DNA of 62,884 nt, the filler included, from Chiloscyllium plagiosum (taxonomy: Eukaryota), in NCBI RefSeq assembly GCF_004010195.1. It is 4 parts of one record of this genome, joined end to end, with 100 filler letters (N's around TTAATTAATTAA, not from the genome) between each part and the next. Parts side by side here need not be neighbours in the genome. Positions count along the whole stretch, not along the records: positions 25,964 to 44,415 come from NC_057715.1; 3 more parts are not named here. The stretch is one strand, 5' to 3'. The notes beneath the pieces were generated by a model. That model saw only the letters and a program-made list of their open reading frames with translations, did no database searches and was not told where the DNA came from. Positions 27,225-40,500 of this stretch are shown here, in pieces. The number at the start of each line of letters is the position of its first letter. Within the stretch, counting starts at the first letter, position 1. The translations under genes and the position numbers were made by a program.

Positions 27225-27400
27225 GGAAAGGAGGGGGTGAAGGTACTAAGATGGGGAGAAGGGAAGAGATGCAGCTGAAGGTGAGAAAAGAGATGGAGTG
27301 GAAAGGGGAAGAGATGGAATAGAGGAGAAAGAGATGGGATGGAGGAAGGAGAAAAGAAGTGGGGAGTGTGTAGGAGAAGAAAGATCGGGTAGAAGTGGGT
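27225..27400 (+). repeat. Purine-rich (GA) low-complexity tract
   Basis: Near-continuous G/A composition. Confidence 0.7.
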
Positions 27401-28695
27401 AACAAGATTGTTGACTTCAGTGCACAAATTGTGATAAATGGGTATAATTTAATTGGCAGAAAAGCAGTGTAGCAACAGTGACCAAGACTGCAAAATGAAT
27501 ATTTAAAGATCATCATTTAGGAATGATAGGCAAAAAATAAAAGGAGGTATTAAGTCATTCTTAATAAGGCATGAGATCACAACATTGGTGAGACACGAAC
27601 TTAGAGCAAAGGATCAAGATGTAGAATCAGTCTCGGCACAGCTTTAAAAAAAAACAGCAAGAGATAGCAACATTAATGGGGAGTTGTTTATAGGCCACCA
27701 CACAATAATGGTAATGTTGAGTATTGTTACAACTGAGATGGGAGGATTGCACGGACTGTGCCTAGTCACACGACTGAAAGGATCACAATACAAATTTAAT
27801 TATTTAGCCAGTACATCATATGAATGCTCTCTCAATATTAGATTTAAAATATCAAGCAGAGTTCTTTAACAAACACAAAATTATTGATTGTAAAACAAAA
27901 CATATCCAACAAAAATATAGAACTGGTTAACACAGTTTGAAATATTGAAGGCATAAATGTTTAACTGTCTAATTCATTAAAGGATACATATGCATGCACA
28001 CAGCAGGTTAGAAAAAAATAATTTCTGTCCGCAAAGATTCTTATTTGGGGAAGATAAAACACATTTTTTGGCCAGTAATGGTTACTTCTTAAAGGAATAA
28101 AGGATAAGGTGTGGAATGTTTAGGTGGTTGTTCCACTGGTGTTCTGGTAGACAGAGAGACCACTAGGCACATGCAGTCGGTTCTGGGGTCCTGGTTGTCA
28201 CAGCTTTCTCAGAGAACATAATATTGAGATGCATTCCTGCCATTGTTCAAGAGGAAATCAGGTTTCACAATGGATGCACAACTGAAGTGTTGTGACTAGG
28301 CAACGATACGAGCTGGGTAGCCTTTTTTTTTGCAGCAGGCCATGTGCCAGTTGACAATACACAAACAAGATAATCACAAAACCCAGATAGGTGATTTCTA
28401 AAATTGAGTCCAAACAATTAGCTGATAATGTGATTTTTCAGAAGCATTTTTTAAATGTTCTAACACACTCATTCCATTGACATGTACGTTAAAGAAAGCA
28501 CAGCACTTGAAATAAATCAATTGTGCACACCTTATCAAAAGTCAAGACCTTAAAAAGATTAAATATTTAAGTTTTCATAACATGATAAATCCGTAAATTA
28601 GGGTACAGTATATTACAAAGTACAGTTGTATCGGGTGACTTCAATGTACATATAGACTGGGTAAACCTAATAACACAAATGCTGGAGAGGAGGTA
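27400..28695 (+). mobile_element. CR1 endonuclease remnant interrupted by a probable solo LTR
   Basis: GVVYRPP before and GDFN.HIDW after the insert. Confidence 0.65.
27725..28582. mobile_element. Probable solo LTR
   Basis: TGTTA...TAACA termini; interrupts a CR1 EN reading frame; TSD not clear. Confidence 0.45.
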
Positions 28696-31600
28696 TCACA
28701 GAAACTAGCAGGTAGTGGTCATTCAGCCCTTTGAACTTGTCTGCCATGGCTAACCATCCATCTGAATAAACTGTTCTTACTTTCCATAACCTCCCCCCAC
28801 CTCAACCATCTCCTTTAATCGCTTCAGCCCCAAGTGTTCTATCTAACTTCTTCTTCAAATTGTACAATGTTTTGTCCTCAACTGCTTTCTGTGGTAGCAA
28901 ATTCCACAGGCTTACAACTCTGAGTGAAAAGAAGTTCTCTTCATCTCAGTCCAAAATTGTTTACCTGACATCTTTAGACTGTGTCCCCTGGTTCTGGATT
29001 CCCACGTCATCAGGAACAACCCTCATGCATCTACCCTGTCTCATCCTGTTAGAATATTAGACGTTTCCATGAGGCTCTGAACTTGCACAAATATATTCTG
29101 AACCAATTCAATCTCTCCTATTACATCAGGAATCAGTCTGGAAAACCATTGATGCACTCACTTTATAGCAAGACATGCATCCTCAGATAAGGAAATCGAA
29201 ACTGCAACAATATTCCAGATGTGGGCTCAGAAAGGCCCAATGTCTTGCAGCAAGACATCCCTGTTCCTGGACTCAAATCCTCGATGAAGGCCGACATATC
29301 ATTTGCCTTCCTTACTATCTACTGTATCTACATGCTTACCTTCAGCAACTGGTGAACAAGGACACCCGGATCCCATTGCACATTCCCCTCTCAATTTATA
29401 GCCCTTCAGGTAATAATCTGCCTTCTTGTTTTTACTACCAAAGTGAACAACCTCACATTTATGCACACAATACTAGTTCTGCCATTAATTTGCCAATTCA
29501 CTTAGAATGTCAAAACCACACTGAAATGTCTCGGCATCCTCCTCATAGCTCACCCTCCCACCAAGCTTTGCGTCTGCCGATTTGGCGATATTACATTCAG
29601 CTTCCTGTTCCAAATCATCAATGTATATTGTGAAAAACTGGGGTGCAAGTACTGATCCCGGCAATATCCCAAGAGTCACTGCCTGCCTTGTAGAAAATAA
29701 CTTATTTATTCCTACTTTGTTTCCTGTACACCGACCATTTTTCTATCCAATGCAATACACAACTGAGCCCAAGTGTTTTAAAATAACACAATAATTTCTA
29801 ATGTGGGACTTTATTTGGACTTTCAGAAAGCTTTCACCAAACTACATCTGCTGGTTCCCCTTCATCAACTTTACCAGTTCCATTCTCACAGAATTCCAGT
29901 AGATTTTTCAAGCATAATTTCCCTTTTTAAATCCATGCTGACTCTATTTGGTCTTGCTACTGATTTCCAAATGCTCAGCTATTACTTCTTTTATAATGGA
30001 CTCTAGCATTTTCTCTATTCCCACCATCAGGCTGACTGGTCTGTAATTCCTGGTTTTCTCTCTGCTTCCCTTCTTAAATAGAGGGGTCACATTAACCACT
30101 CTCCAATCTTTAGAAATATTCCAGTCCATAGAATCTTGGAAGATGACCACTAATGTATGAACTATTTGTAGGGCCACTTCCTAAGTACTCAAGGATATGG
30201 ATTATCAGTGCCTGGTGATGTATCAGCCTTCAATCTCATCAACATCCCTAACACCATTTCACTAATAATATACATTTCCTTCAATATCTCCCTGTCACTA
30301 AATCCTGTGTTCCCCAATATTTCTGGTGTGACATCTGTTCTGATGATGCCACTTTCTGCAGGAGGGCCTCAGAAACATCCACTGTTTTCCTCAACTGGAC
30401 CCTTACTCACGTCTGACCCACTTCCTGTACTTTTACTCTCACCTGTTCTGTTCCCTCCTACACACCGTTTTGGTCTTCCTGATCCTCACTTTTCACCCCA
30501 TCAGCATCTGCATCCACAGGATCATTTGCCACCATTTTTGCCATCTCTTGTGGGATGCCATCACAAGACACATTCCTCCCACATCAGCATTTTGCATGGA
30601 CTGTTCCTCCGCAACAGAACAATTTTGCTTCTCCACCACTCCCAACATCTCCCACAGCGCTTTCCCATGCAACTGCAGATGGTGCAACACTTGTCTGTTT
30701 ACCTCCCCCTCATCACTATCCAAGGCTCCAGATACACTTTCCAGGTGAAGCACCAATTAACCCATATTTCACTCAATCTAGTCTTTTGTATTTGCTGCTC
30801 ACAGTGTGGTCTCCTCTATTATAGAGAGATGAAGCACAGCTGTGCAACTGCATTGTGGAATTTATACTTTCTATCCTCAAAAATGACTTTGAGATTTCAG
30901 TTGTCTGCCACTTCAACACACCACTGTGTTCCTTGACCAACTTTTCAATCTTGGAGCTGTTGCAGTGCTCCAGCAAGGCTAGAAGAAGAACATTAATTTT
31001 CTGCTCGATAACTGCAGTGTTCATGACTCAATATTAAGGTCAACAATTTTAGAACCTGAACATCATCTTCTATGCTCCCACACACAGGGCCCTGTCATAA
31101 CAATGGCTACTTTCAACACATCTAACCCATTTTCACCTTCTGATAGTCCCCATTATCAGATATTATTTCAGCACATTCTCACCTTTTGTCTGCCTATCTG
31201 TCTTTCTCTGTCCGGGTTCCATTGGCACCTATTTCCTCACCCTTCCTCCTGCCTCACTTCCCTCCAATTCATCTGTTTCAACTCACATATCACCTTTTCC
31301 AAGCTACCATAAGTTCTGAAGGAGGATACTGGACTCAAAATTTCAAATTCCACTTTCTATCTTCAGATGCTGCCCGACTTGCTGAGTTTCTCCAGCAATT
31401 TCTGGTTTTGTTTCTGATTTTCTGCATCCGTAGTTCTTTGTTTCATTTCTGGTATGTTATTTTTATCATCCTTTACAAACAGAATCAATATATGCACATT
31501 TGTCTCTACCAATCTTTTTCTCTTCACATACTTATAGAAAATTTTACATTTGTATGCCCCCATATACACTCCAGGAATTCCTCCTCAACAACATATTTAC

Positions 31601-33120
31601 TAATTTAATTTGCCCAATCTATATGTGGATTAAAGTCACCCATAATTACAGATGTTCCTTTATTGTTTGTTCTCTGATCTTCTATTTATTGCCATTCCAA
31701 ACATCCTACAGTTTGGGGGTTTATGTAAAACCCAATAACTTTTTCACCCCTTGATATTTCTCAGCTCAGCTGATGCATTTGCTACATCATTGGAGCTAAT
31801 ACTCTTTCTCACTATTGTGTTAATTTCCTCTTTAACCATCTATGCAACTCCATGTCTTTTCCTTTTTTTGTCTGTTATTCTTAAATACTGAATGCCCTTG
31901 GATATTCACTTGCCATTCCTGCATCCATGACTCTGTTATACTGACTATGTCATACTTGGTTTCATCTATTTGTGCGATTAGTTCAAGCACTTCATTGTGA
32001 ATGCTCCATGCATTAAGATGCAGAGCCTTCAGTCTTGTCTTTTTAACATCACTTGTCCCATTCCCATTATATTTCATGATGTTCGTGTATGATCATGATC
32101 CTTGATTTATGAGCATATCACTTTTCTATTCCCCTTTCTATCTTTTATTCTTGTTCTTGATTCCCCTTCCTCTCATTTAGATTCTCCTTCACCTGCTTTT
32201 TTAGTTTAAAGATTCCTCAACCACTCTAGCAAATATTCCTCCCAGGTCATCAGTCCCAATCCTGCCCAGATGTAACCTGCCCAGTTTGTATCGATCCTAC
32301 CTTCCCAGAACTGGTTCCAATGCTCCACGAATCCAGCTCCACCTCACACCATTTCTTCAGCCACACATTCATCTCATATATCAAACCATTTCTGCTGGCT
32401 AGCACGTGGTATTGGTAGCAATCCTGAAATCTTACCTTTGAGGTCCTACGCTTCAACTTACATACAAAATTTCTATATTCTACTTTTAGACCTCTTGCCT
32501 TCTTCTCATCTATGTCATTTATGTTAACGTTTACCACAAACACTAGCTGCTGACTGAATGTTCCGTAGCTGTTCTGAGATATCCTCAACCCTTGCATTAG
32601 AGAGCCTACACACCACCTTACAGTCTCGCGAGCAATCGTAAAATGCCTGTCTCCTCTCCTTACTGTTTAATTCAATGTCATTATTGCTTTTTACTCCTCT
32701 CCTGTGCAGCAGACCCAACCGTCATGCAACATATTTGGCTGTTGTTCTTTTCCCTGAAGAGGCCATTCTCCTCAACAATATCCAAAGTAATATATCTGTT
32801 TTGCAGAACAGTTATAGAGGCATCTTGCATTGACTAGTCCTCTTGGTCTGCCTAATGGTCACTCTTTCTCTCTTTGAGGAGAAACATTCCTGAAGAATGT
32901 AGGAATGTTTTCTACAGTGGAGACACTGTAGAAAACATTCCTACAGTGTCTCCAGCTGCTGACCTAGCTCTGAAACCCAAGTTCCAGGAGCTGCAACTGG
33001 AGGTATTTCCTCAACACATGCTGGTCCAGGGCACTGGAAATGTGCTTGGCTTTCAACATAGAGCAGCAAGTGTACACCACAGCTTTGAGCCCTCCTGCCA
33101 TGGATTAAATCTTTTGGATT
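28695..33120 (-). mobile_element. Near-full-length degenerate CR1 LINE (ORF1 esterase, EN, RT), split by Penelope
   Basis: ORF1 VCRLSNARVEDISEQL; EN LHLNAWSI..., SITESW; RT DWRVVNVTPLFKKG...NYRPVSL, GSVL.PQ.FTIYIDDL. Confidence 0.85.
30335..31445 (+). mobile_element. Degenerate Penelope-like element (GIY-YIG region plus family B pLTR)
   Basis: FPCNCRWCNTC, LVFCICCSQCGLLY.. and SVVCHFN motifs; pLTR at 31315-31445. Confidence 0.8.
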
Positions 33121-33269
33121 AAATCTTTTGGAAGATGACTATTAACAGGTAAAATCAATTATTTAAGAGTTTTTATTCACTGGTCATCATTCCTATAGTA
33201 CCATAGTGCTTACAAACTGCAAAACATAAAAAAAACACATCTTTTCCTCTGCATTGGTTTCTGCCATCT

Positions 33270-33925
33270 GTGAAGGATAGAAATTAGGGAAAAGAGAAAT
33301 CCTCAGCTAGTAAAGGAAAAAGATGATCTCATTGAAGTTAGCAAAGATAGTTTTCCACAGATTAAAAAAGAACCGCATGAGAAGGGAAGAGATATAAAAA
33401 TCCTCAAGTATTTTCACTGTAATAAACTGGGACACATGAAGTCACAGTGTTGATGGTTTACAAAAGGCTCTGGGAAGACAGGTGTTAAATCAGAACAAGG
33501 TTTACTCATGTGTACCAGGAGGAGTAGGTAAAGAAATTAAAATTTTAAGAGGTCCAGGAGCAAGCCAATCTTTGATGGTGAGAGATGAGGAGGTATGCAC
33601 TTTGGAAGGAGTATTGCCAGAAAGGGTGGAATTCATGCTGAGAACAGTATTGTCCATTGTATAATGCAAGGCTGGAGAGACCAGTGGAAAGTAGTGAAGT
33701 GGTGGTAGGAGTGATAGAGATATACTCAGTTGCAGAAATACAGTTTATCCTCAATACAGGCAAGAGTGATGCCTACTGTGGTTGAAAAGCCAGTGGAAAA
33801 TCTGGCAACTGAGATGTTACAGAAAGTATATTCTGGAATTTTTCTTGACTGTGTGGTAACAAGGTTACAAAGCCACAGGTTGAAACAGGAAGAGAAATCA
33901 AAGAAAATAGATAAGGAAGTTAAAG
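33270..33925 (+). mobile_element. Gypsy gag-protease remnant
   Basis: Zinc knuckle (C>Y)FHCNKLGHMKSQC and protease-like IKILRGPGASQSL (consensus LRDTGA). Confidence 0.75.
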
Positions 33926-33929
33926 TAAA

Positions 33930-34780
33930 CCAAGGAACTGAAAGAAATTAACTTTAATAAAGTAGTAAGATTTGAAAAACTTAATGGATCAAAAGTTAAC
34001 AAATCATTTGGACCTGATGAGTTAAATTCGAGTACTAAAGGAGGTGGCTATAGGGATGGGCGATACATTGGTGGTTACCTTTCAAAATTCTATAGTTTCT
34101 GGAAATTTTCCTGAAGACTGAAAAATAAAAAATGTAACCCCACTATTTAAAAGGGAAGCACAAGGGAAATGGAGAACTACATGATAACTAGACACTTGGT
34201 AAATTGGGCAGAAGCAACATGGATTTATGAAAGGGAAATCATGTTTGACAAACCTGCTGGAAATTTTTTAAGGATGTTATTTGCAGCATAAATAAATGAA
34301 AACCAGTCAATCTGGATTTCAGAAGGCGTTTGGTAAGGTCTCAAATAGGAGATGGAACAGAAAATTAAGCATATGGGTTTTGGATAATATACTGGAAAGG
34401 ACTTAAAATTTGTTAACAAACAACTAGGTCCACAACTATTCACAATCCCGATAAATGACTTGGATGTAGAAATCAATTGTAATTCTCCCAGATTAATCTA
34501 TGTTTCAAAACTGGGTGGGAATGCAAGTTGTGAGGGGTAGACAAGGAAACATCAGGACAATGTGCTCAGGCTAAATGACTGGGCAAGAAAATTGAAGATT
34601 GAATGTAATCAGAATAAGTTCAAAGTTATTCATTTTGGAAGATGATCACAAAAAGACAATATTTTCTAAATGGTGAAACATTGGCAAGTGTGGATTTCCA
34701 AAAGGACTTAGGTGCCTTTGTTCATGAATCCTTCAAAGCTGGTATGGAAACTAAACCTGAGAATTGGATATGCTGCCAGT
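33930..34780 (+). mobile_element. Degenerate CR1 RT
   Basis: VTPLFK, GFMKGKSCLTNL and DFQKAF motifs. Confidence 0.8.
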
Positions 34781-35244
34781 TGGATACTGGCCAAATGGAA
34801 ATTTAAGGGAATCGCGATGTTGATAACATTTTGTAAAATTAATTTCAGGTTACAGGTTTCTCCTAACCTTGTTTATTCACCTATTTCAAAAGTGCTTCCA
34901 TTGCTAGAGGTTCAGAATCTTACACTGCTCTATGGCATCCCCAGTGGCCAGGTTATTATTAAATGCAGAGATAGCTACATGAAGGTTCAAATCAAATTGC
35001 AACTTCTGTATTTCCTTGATTGCTACCACTGTTTAGCATTACTGCTTAGTGACAACCCATCACAAATAGGTCTCTCAGGTTTGTATGTAAATATAAGAAA
35101 AATAAACAGTTGATATAAAGATTTTCATTACATTCTAAAATAGAATATTGAGAAACCTTCTAAATATATATTGATAAATATGAATGGTGAATTCAGAACA
35201 ATACATATAATAAATTGCAAAAAGTAAAATCAGGGTCAAGATTT

Positions 35245-36070
35245 AACCCATCAAGCCCTCGCAGAATGTTGTGTTTCAATGAGATCATCCCTCATTCTTC
35301 TAAACTCTCATGAATAAAGGCCTAACTTGATTAGCCATTTTTGATAAGCCAATGCCTTCATCCTAGGAACCTGCCTGGTGAATTTCATTTGAACTGTCTC
35401 CCATGTCATTATATCCTTTCTTAAATACAGAGGCCAAAACTGTAAACAGTACTCCAGGTGCAGACTCACCAACACCCTGTATAGCTGTAACAAGACTTCC
35501 TATTTTTAAACTTGAACCCCCTAGCAATAAAGGCCTAAATTATATTATTTTTAAATACTTGTTGTACCTGTATGCTAGCTTTTTGTGCTTCATGCATAAC
35601 AACATAAAGATACCCCTGTGCAGCATTTTTTGGAGTCTCTCGTCATTTAATAGTAGCCTGTCTTTTGATTCTTCCTACCAAAGTGTATGACCTTACACTT
35701 TCTTACATTAAGTTTTATCTGCCTGGATTTTGCCCATTCATTCAATCTATTTCATTTTTCAGATTCCTTATGTCCACATCTAAATATGCCCTCTCATCTA
35801 TTTTTTGTAACATCTGCACATTTGGATATAGTTCACAATACCACTTCTAGAAATCACCTTCTATGTGGTACTTATTAAAACCATCTGTAAATTCAAATAC
35901 ACTACATCTATCAGTTCCCCTTGTCAACACTGCTTGTTATATTGATAACTAGAAAATTTGTTAAACATGATTTCACTTCCACATAATCATGTTGACCCTG
36001 TTTGATTGAGTTAAGCTTTTTTAAATGTCCCATTTCTTCCTTAAAAATGGACTTAGGCATTTTGTCAACA
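35245..36070 (-). mobile_element. Degenerate CR1 RT
   Basis: ORF 35308-35493 encodes LYRVLVSLHLEYCLQFWP. Confidence 0.8.
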
Positions 36071-36927
36071 ACACAGAAAATATATTTTCATACTATTATG
36101 TACATCATCTTGGGTTTTACAAACAGGGGCACAGATTACAGAAGCAAGGAAACTATTTTTACAGAATGACTGGCCATGATCTAGAAAGGATTGGCTGAAA
36201 TGATGGTGAAAGCAGATTTAATCAATGCTTTGAAAAGGGAACACAATAAGCATATGAAGCAAAGAAAAATTGAAGGATTGCAAGGACAAGGGAAATGAGA
36301 CCATCTGAAATGTAATTGTGGAGGAACAGTATGGGCTAAGCAGACCAAATTAGCTCCTTTCTATGCTATAACTATTTTATGAAATCAAGAGACTAACAGA
36401 TTGTTGGACTGATACTTTCAAGGGAATTAAGCATAAAATTCTTTGAAATATTATCAGTCAATATATCAAAACACATCAAAGGTAGACATTCTCAGCTGGC
36501 CTTTCTAACTAGTATTCTAAAGTTTTAAAAGTAAAAATATAAACCTAGACCGTCCTTAATGTAAGGCCAATCTATCATTAGATATGTTGCATCTTCGAAG
36601 AATTTGCATATCGGAAGCTTAAAGAAGAAACACAAAACTAATCTAGAAAAAATATCTTTGTAAATTTTACCATTTTAATTTGGAAAACCTGCGCTCGATC
36701 AGAAATTTTCACACTTTCAAAGGATAAATTAAGGGGAGCCAGAGGCGGCACAGTGGCTCAGTGGTTAGCGCTGCTGCCTCACAGCACCAGGGACCTGGGT
36801 TCGATTCTAACCTCGGCCCGATTCTAACCTCGGCCGACTGTCTGTGTGGAGTTTGCACATTCTCCCCAGCCTGTGTGGGTTTCCTCCAGGTGCTCCGGTT
36901 TCCTCCCACATTCCAAAGATGTGCAGG

Positions 36928-37282
36928 TGTTATGGACTAGGCCAGACCACTCCGAACATTCTTGAGAAGGCAACCCAGACCATAATTTTGCAATTTGTTT
37001 CAGTAAATGCACAGTGAGAATTACCCAGAGAAAGCTAGCTAAATTGATTACTAGGTTTTAAAACAGACAGGAATTTATTCACAAAATTACACAATGAAAC
37101 ACAAAGAACAGAATAAAGAACCCCTACAGAACTCAGTCTATCCAAACTAGACTGGATTGTGCTATTCTGAATATACACAACAAACCCAGTAAGCAAACCC
37201 CCTTAAACACAGTTAAAAATGGAACAGATGCTTACAGGTTGAAGTTAGAAGGGCAGAAGGAGAGAGAGAGTTTCCACACAGC
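36928..37282 (-). mobile_element. LTR fragment inserted in a SINE
   Basis: Starts TGTTATGG exactly at the SINE break; TTTATT at about 37074 is a minus-strand polyA signal; other end lost in the gap. Confidence 0.6.
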
Positions 37283-37364
37283 NNNNNNNNNNNNNNNNNN
37301 NNNNNNNNNNNNNNNNNNNNNNNNNNNNNNNNNNNNNNNNNNNNNNNNNNNNNNNNNNNNNNNN
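37283..37364. other. Assembly gap
   Basis: 82 N. Confidence 0.95.
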
Positions 37365-37829
37365 GGTGAATTGGCCATGCTAAATTGCCCATGGTGGTCA
37401 GGGATGCATAGGTTAGGTGCATGAGTCAGGGGAAAATGTAGGGTAATGGGTTTGGGTGGGATACTCTTCGGAGGGTCGGTGTGGACTTGTTGGGCCAAAG
37501 GGCCTGTTTCCACACTGTAGGGAATGTAATTCCAATTCTAATATCAAGTGTCTTCAAAACAGAAATCTAAGAGATTCATTTCTTAAAAAGATAGAATGTG
37601 AGGTTAGGTTTTCATTATCAAGACAGACTATCTCTGAGTGAAGCTAGCTTTAATAACATACCACATTGCTGCTGGGTCTGAAACATCCACTGTTTGAACA
37701 ATATAAAGGCAGCATACAATGAGTTCCAGTAACTTGCTTTTAAAAGTGCAGAACTCTTTCCACGGTCCTTGCTTTAAAGCAGACCCAATCCTCTTTTGAT
37801 CCATAATACAAAATAAAGAAAAATAAAGG

Positions 37830-38440
37830 GATATCTTACCAGTGTCCTGTACAAATGAGGTATAAACCCCCTACTTTGGTATTCAAGTTTTGCATTTGCA
37901 ATAGTTAACCTTGTATTGGCTTTCCTGATTAGTTGCTGCACCTGGATGCTAACTGTGTAATTTATGCATCCATATCCCTCAGCATCTCAGACTCTGTAAC
38001 ATCCTGCCATTTAGATAATATGCTTCTTTATTATCCTTCCTGCCAAAATGGATCACTTCACATTTTCCCATATTGCATTCTACTTGCCAGATTTTTGTCC
38101 ACTCACTTAACCTATCCAGTTGCTTGGCGGTATTTTTATGTCAGCTTCACAACTTATTGTCTAATTTACTTTGTCTCATCAGTATATTTGTAAATGATAC
38201 GTACTGTCCCTTCATTCAAGTCTTTTATAAAACTGGACAGTTGAGTGCTGTACTGTGCCAACCCTGATTGCTATGGTCTTGTGGTACACCACTTGTTACA
38301 TCTTCCCAACTCAAAAGACCATTTATATCCATCCCTACATTCTGTTAGCCAGCCAATCTTCTATGCCTGCTATCCTTCACACATTAAGATTTTGTTTCCC
38401 ACAATAGTTTTTGATGCGGCATGTTATCAAACATCTCACA
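37830..38440 (-). mobile_element. Highly degenerate CR1 RT
   Basis: Reverse-complement similarity to other CR1 copies. Confidence 0.55.
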
Positions 38441-39135
38441 TTGTAGGATAAGGCCCTGGGAATGCAAAATTGTATCAGTTTGAACTAAGCAAGTACAAAG
38501 TTCAAATGGTCTTGCTAAGTTTGGGTTTCCCACCTATGAATTATGACCATAAGCAATTGGATTTGTCATAGGTGGAGACAGGGACCTCTATATCCGGTTT
38601 AGCATGCCATTTTTAAAAAGATCCTCAGAACCTTCCTGACTCCCCAGAAATTCAGCTCCAAGTGACTGATGTTAACTGAGGCACTTACCTTCCCTTTGTT
38701 AGCCTCAGTAAAAACTTCCAGTAGGAAGGCCGTAAGTTCTGTACTTCCATCACAGCCTAAAAGTGAAGAAGAAAGTTGACCATAATTTTTCAAACAAAAA
38801 ATGAATGTAATTGGCCTGAGTACATAAAAGTAATGTGCAACATTTTATGTTAATTTAAATGCACAGAAAAGGATGTCAAACCTGCATTTTCCTGACAAGT
38901 ACATCATGTTCTGTTTAAAGTTAACTATTTACTTAGTCCCATTTTCTTATAAAAATTAAAGGATGAAATAGGTCAGATGATCAATAGCTTTGTCAAAGAG
39001 ATAGGATTTAAAGAATATACAAAGCCCCTGTTTTATGTTGCCCATTTAGAGTCAATTTGCTTTAACACTGGACAGTTAATGAAACCAATATCTAGATTTA
39101 GTATCAGAGAGTACGCTTTAATGTCATTTAGCATC

Positions 39136-40500
39136 TGGTTATAGTCCAACAGATTTATTTGGAAGTACTAGCTCTCAGAGCGCTGCTCTTTCATCAGGTA
39201 ACTAGTGGGGCATGATAATAAGACACAGAATTTTAGCAAAAGATCACAGTGTCATGCAATTAAAATGATATATTGAACAAACCTAGATTGCTGTTATGTC
39301 TTTCATCTTTTAGCATAGGTTGAAGGTTTTGGTTCATTCATATATAAATCCCAGAACATCTTTTAAGTCACATTCTTGAGATCACTTAAGTTCTTGTATA
39401 AAAAAAAGGTGACATCTCAGCTCAGACAAAGCATTAAAGGTGTCAGGTTAGAGTCTGTCTGTATCCCAATCTTGAGTCAGACTGGTTCTATTTTCAAATT
39501 AGGAATTTATAAAATGTTAAATGGATTGACTGCCTGCAGGTTGTGTGTTCTTTTTTAGCAAAAATAGAATGTATCTGCAAATACAATTCTGCAAATGCAC
39601 ATTCACTCCATTGATTTATATGTGTGCATGTGTGTGTTTGTGTGTGTATACGTGCATGTGAGTGACAGAGAGAGAGAGAGAGAGAATATGAGTGTAAGTG
39701 CGCATGAGAGAGTGAGTATGTGTTTGTGTGCGTGCGTGCTTGGCAGAGTGTGTGCGTTAGTGTGATGGAGTAGAAGCCTGTGAGGTGGTGTGTGTGTCTT
39801 AGAGACAGTGTGTGAATGAGAGAGGGTCTGCGTAAGTCAATGCAGGCAGTCAATCCACATAACATTTTATAAATTCTTACTTTGGAAATAGAACCACTCT
39901 GACTCAAGATTGGGATACAAATAGACTGTAACCTCACACCTTTAATACATTGTCTGAGCTGAGATGTCACCTTTTTGTTACCAACTAAATTATCTTGAGA
40001 ATGTGACTTAAAACAAATTCTGGGATTTACATATTAATGAATCAAAACCTGCAATCCATTCTAAAAGATGAAAGACTTAACAGCAACCTAGGTTTGTTCA
40101 ATATATTATTTTAATTACATGACACTGTAATCTTTTGCTTTAAATTGTGTCTTATGATCCTGCCCCACTCGTTCCCTGATGAAGGAGCAGCCCTCTGAAA
40201 GTTAGTATTTCCAAATAAATATGTTGGATTATATCTGGTATTGTGTAATTTTTAACCATGTCCACCCCAGTTCAAAGCTGAAAATGTTTTGCTGGAAAAG
40301 CGCAGCAGGTCAGGCAGCATCCAAGGAACAGGAGAATCGACGTCTTGGGCATAAGGCTTATGCCAAAAATGTCGATTCTCCTGTTCCTTGGATGCTGCCT
40401 GACCTGCTGCGCTTTTCCAGCAACACATTTTCAGCTCTGATCTACAGCATCTGCAGTCCTCACTTCCACACCAGTTCAACACTGGCACTTCCACAATTAG
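39136..40500. mobile_element. Penelope-like family C, inverted pLTR pair
   Basis: About 400-bp inverted arms (39136-39538 and 39841-40235), each with a hammerhead core near its outer end; (TG)n/(AG)n spacer. Confidence 0.8.
40276..40464. mobile_element. Fold-back mini-Penelope (family A)
   Basis: Inverted arms; TSD tccac(c/a)ccagttcaa at 40261-40275 and 40465-40479. Confidence 0.85.

Larger units (their letters stand above)
36741..37535 (+). mobile_element. HE1-like V-SINE split by an LTR-like insert and a gap
   Basis: Head and V-domain at 36741-36927; resumes at 37365 (ggtgaattggccatgct) through the CR1 tail. Confidence 0.85.

Noticed and set aside
30208..30936. 242-aa ORF as a host gene
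   Set aside because: Chance frame across antisense CR1 and a frameshifted Penelope remnant.
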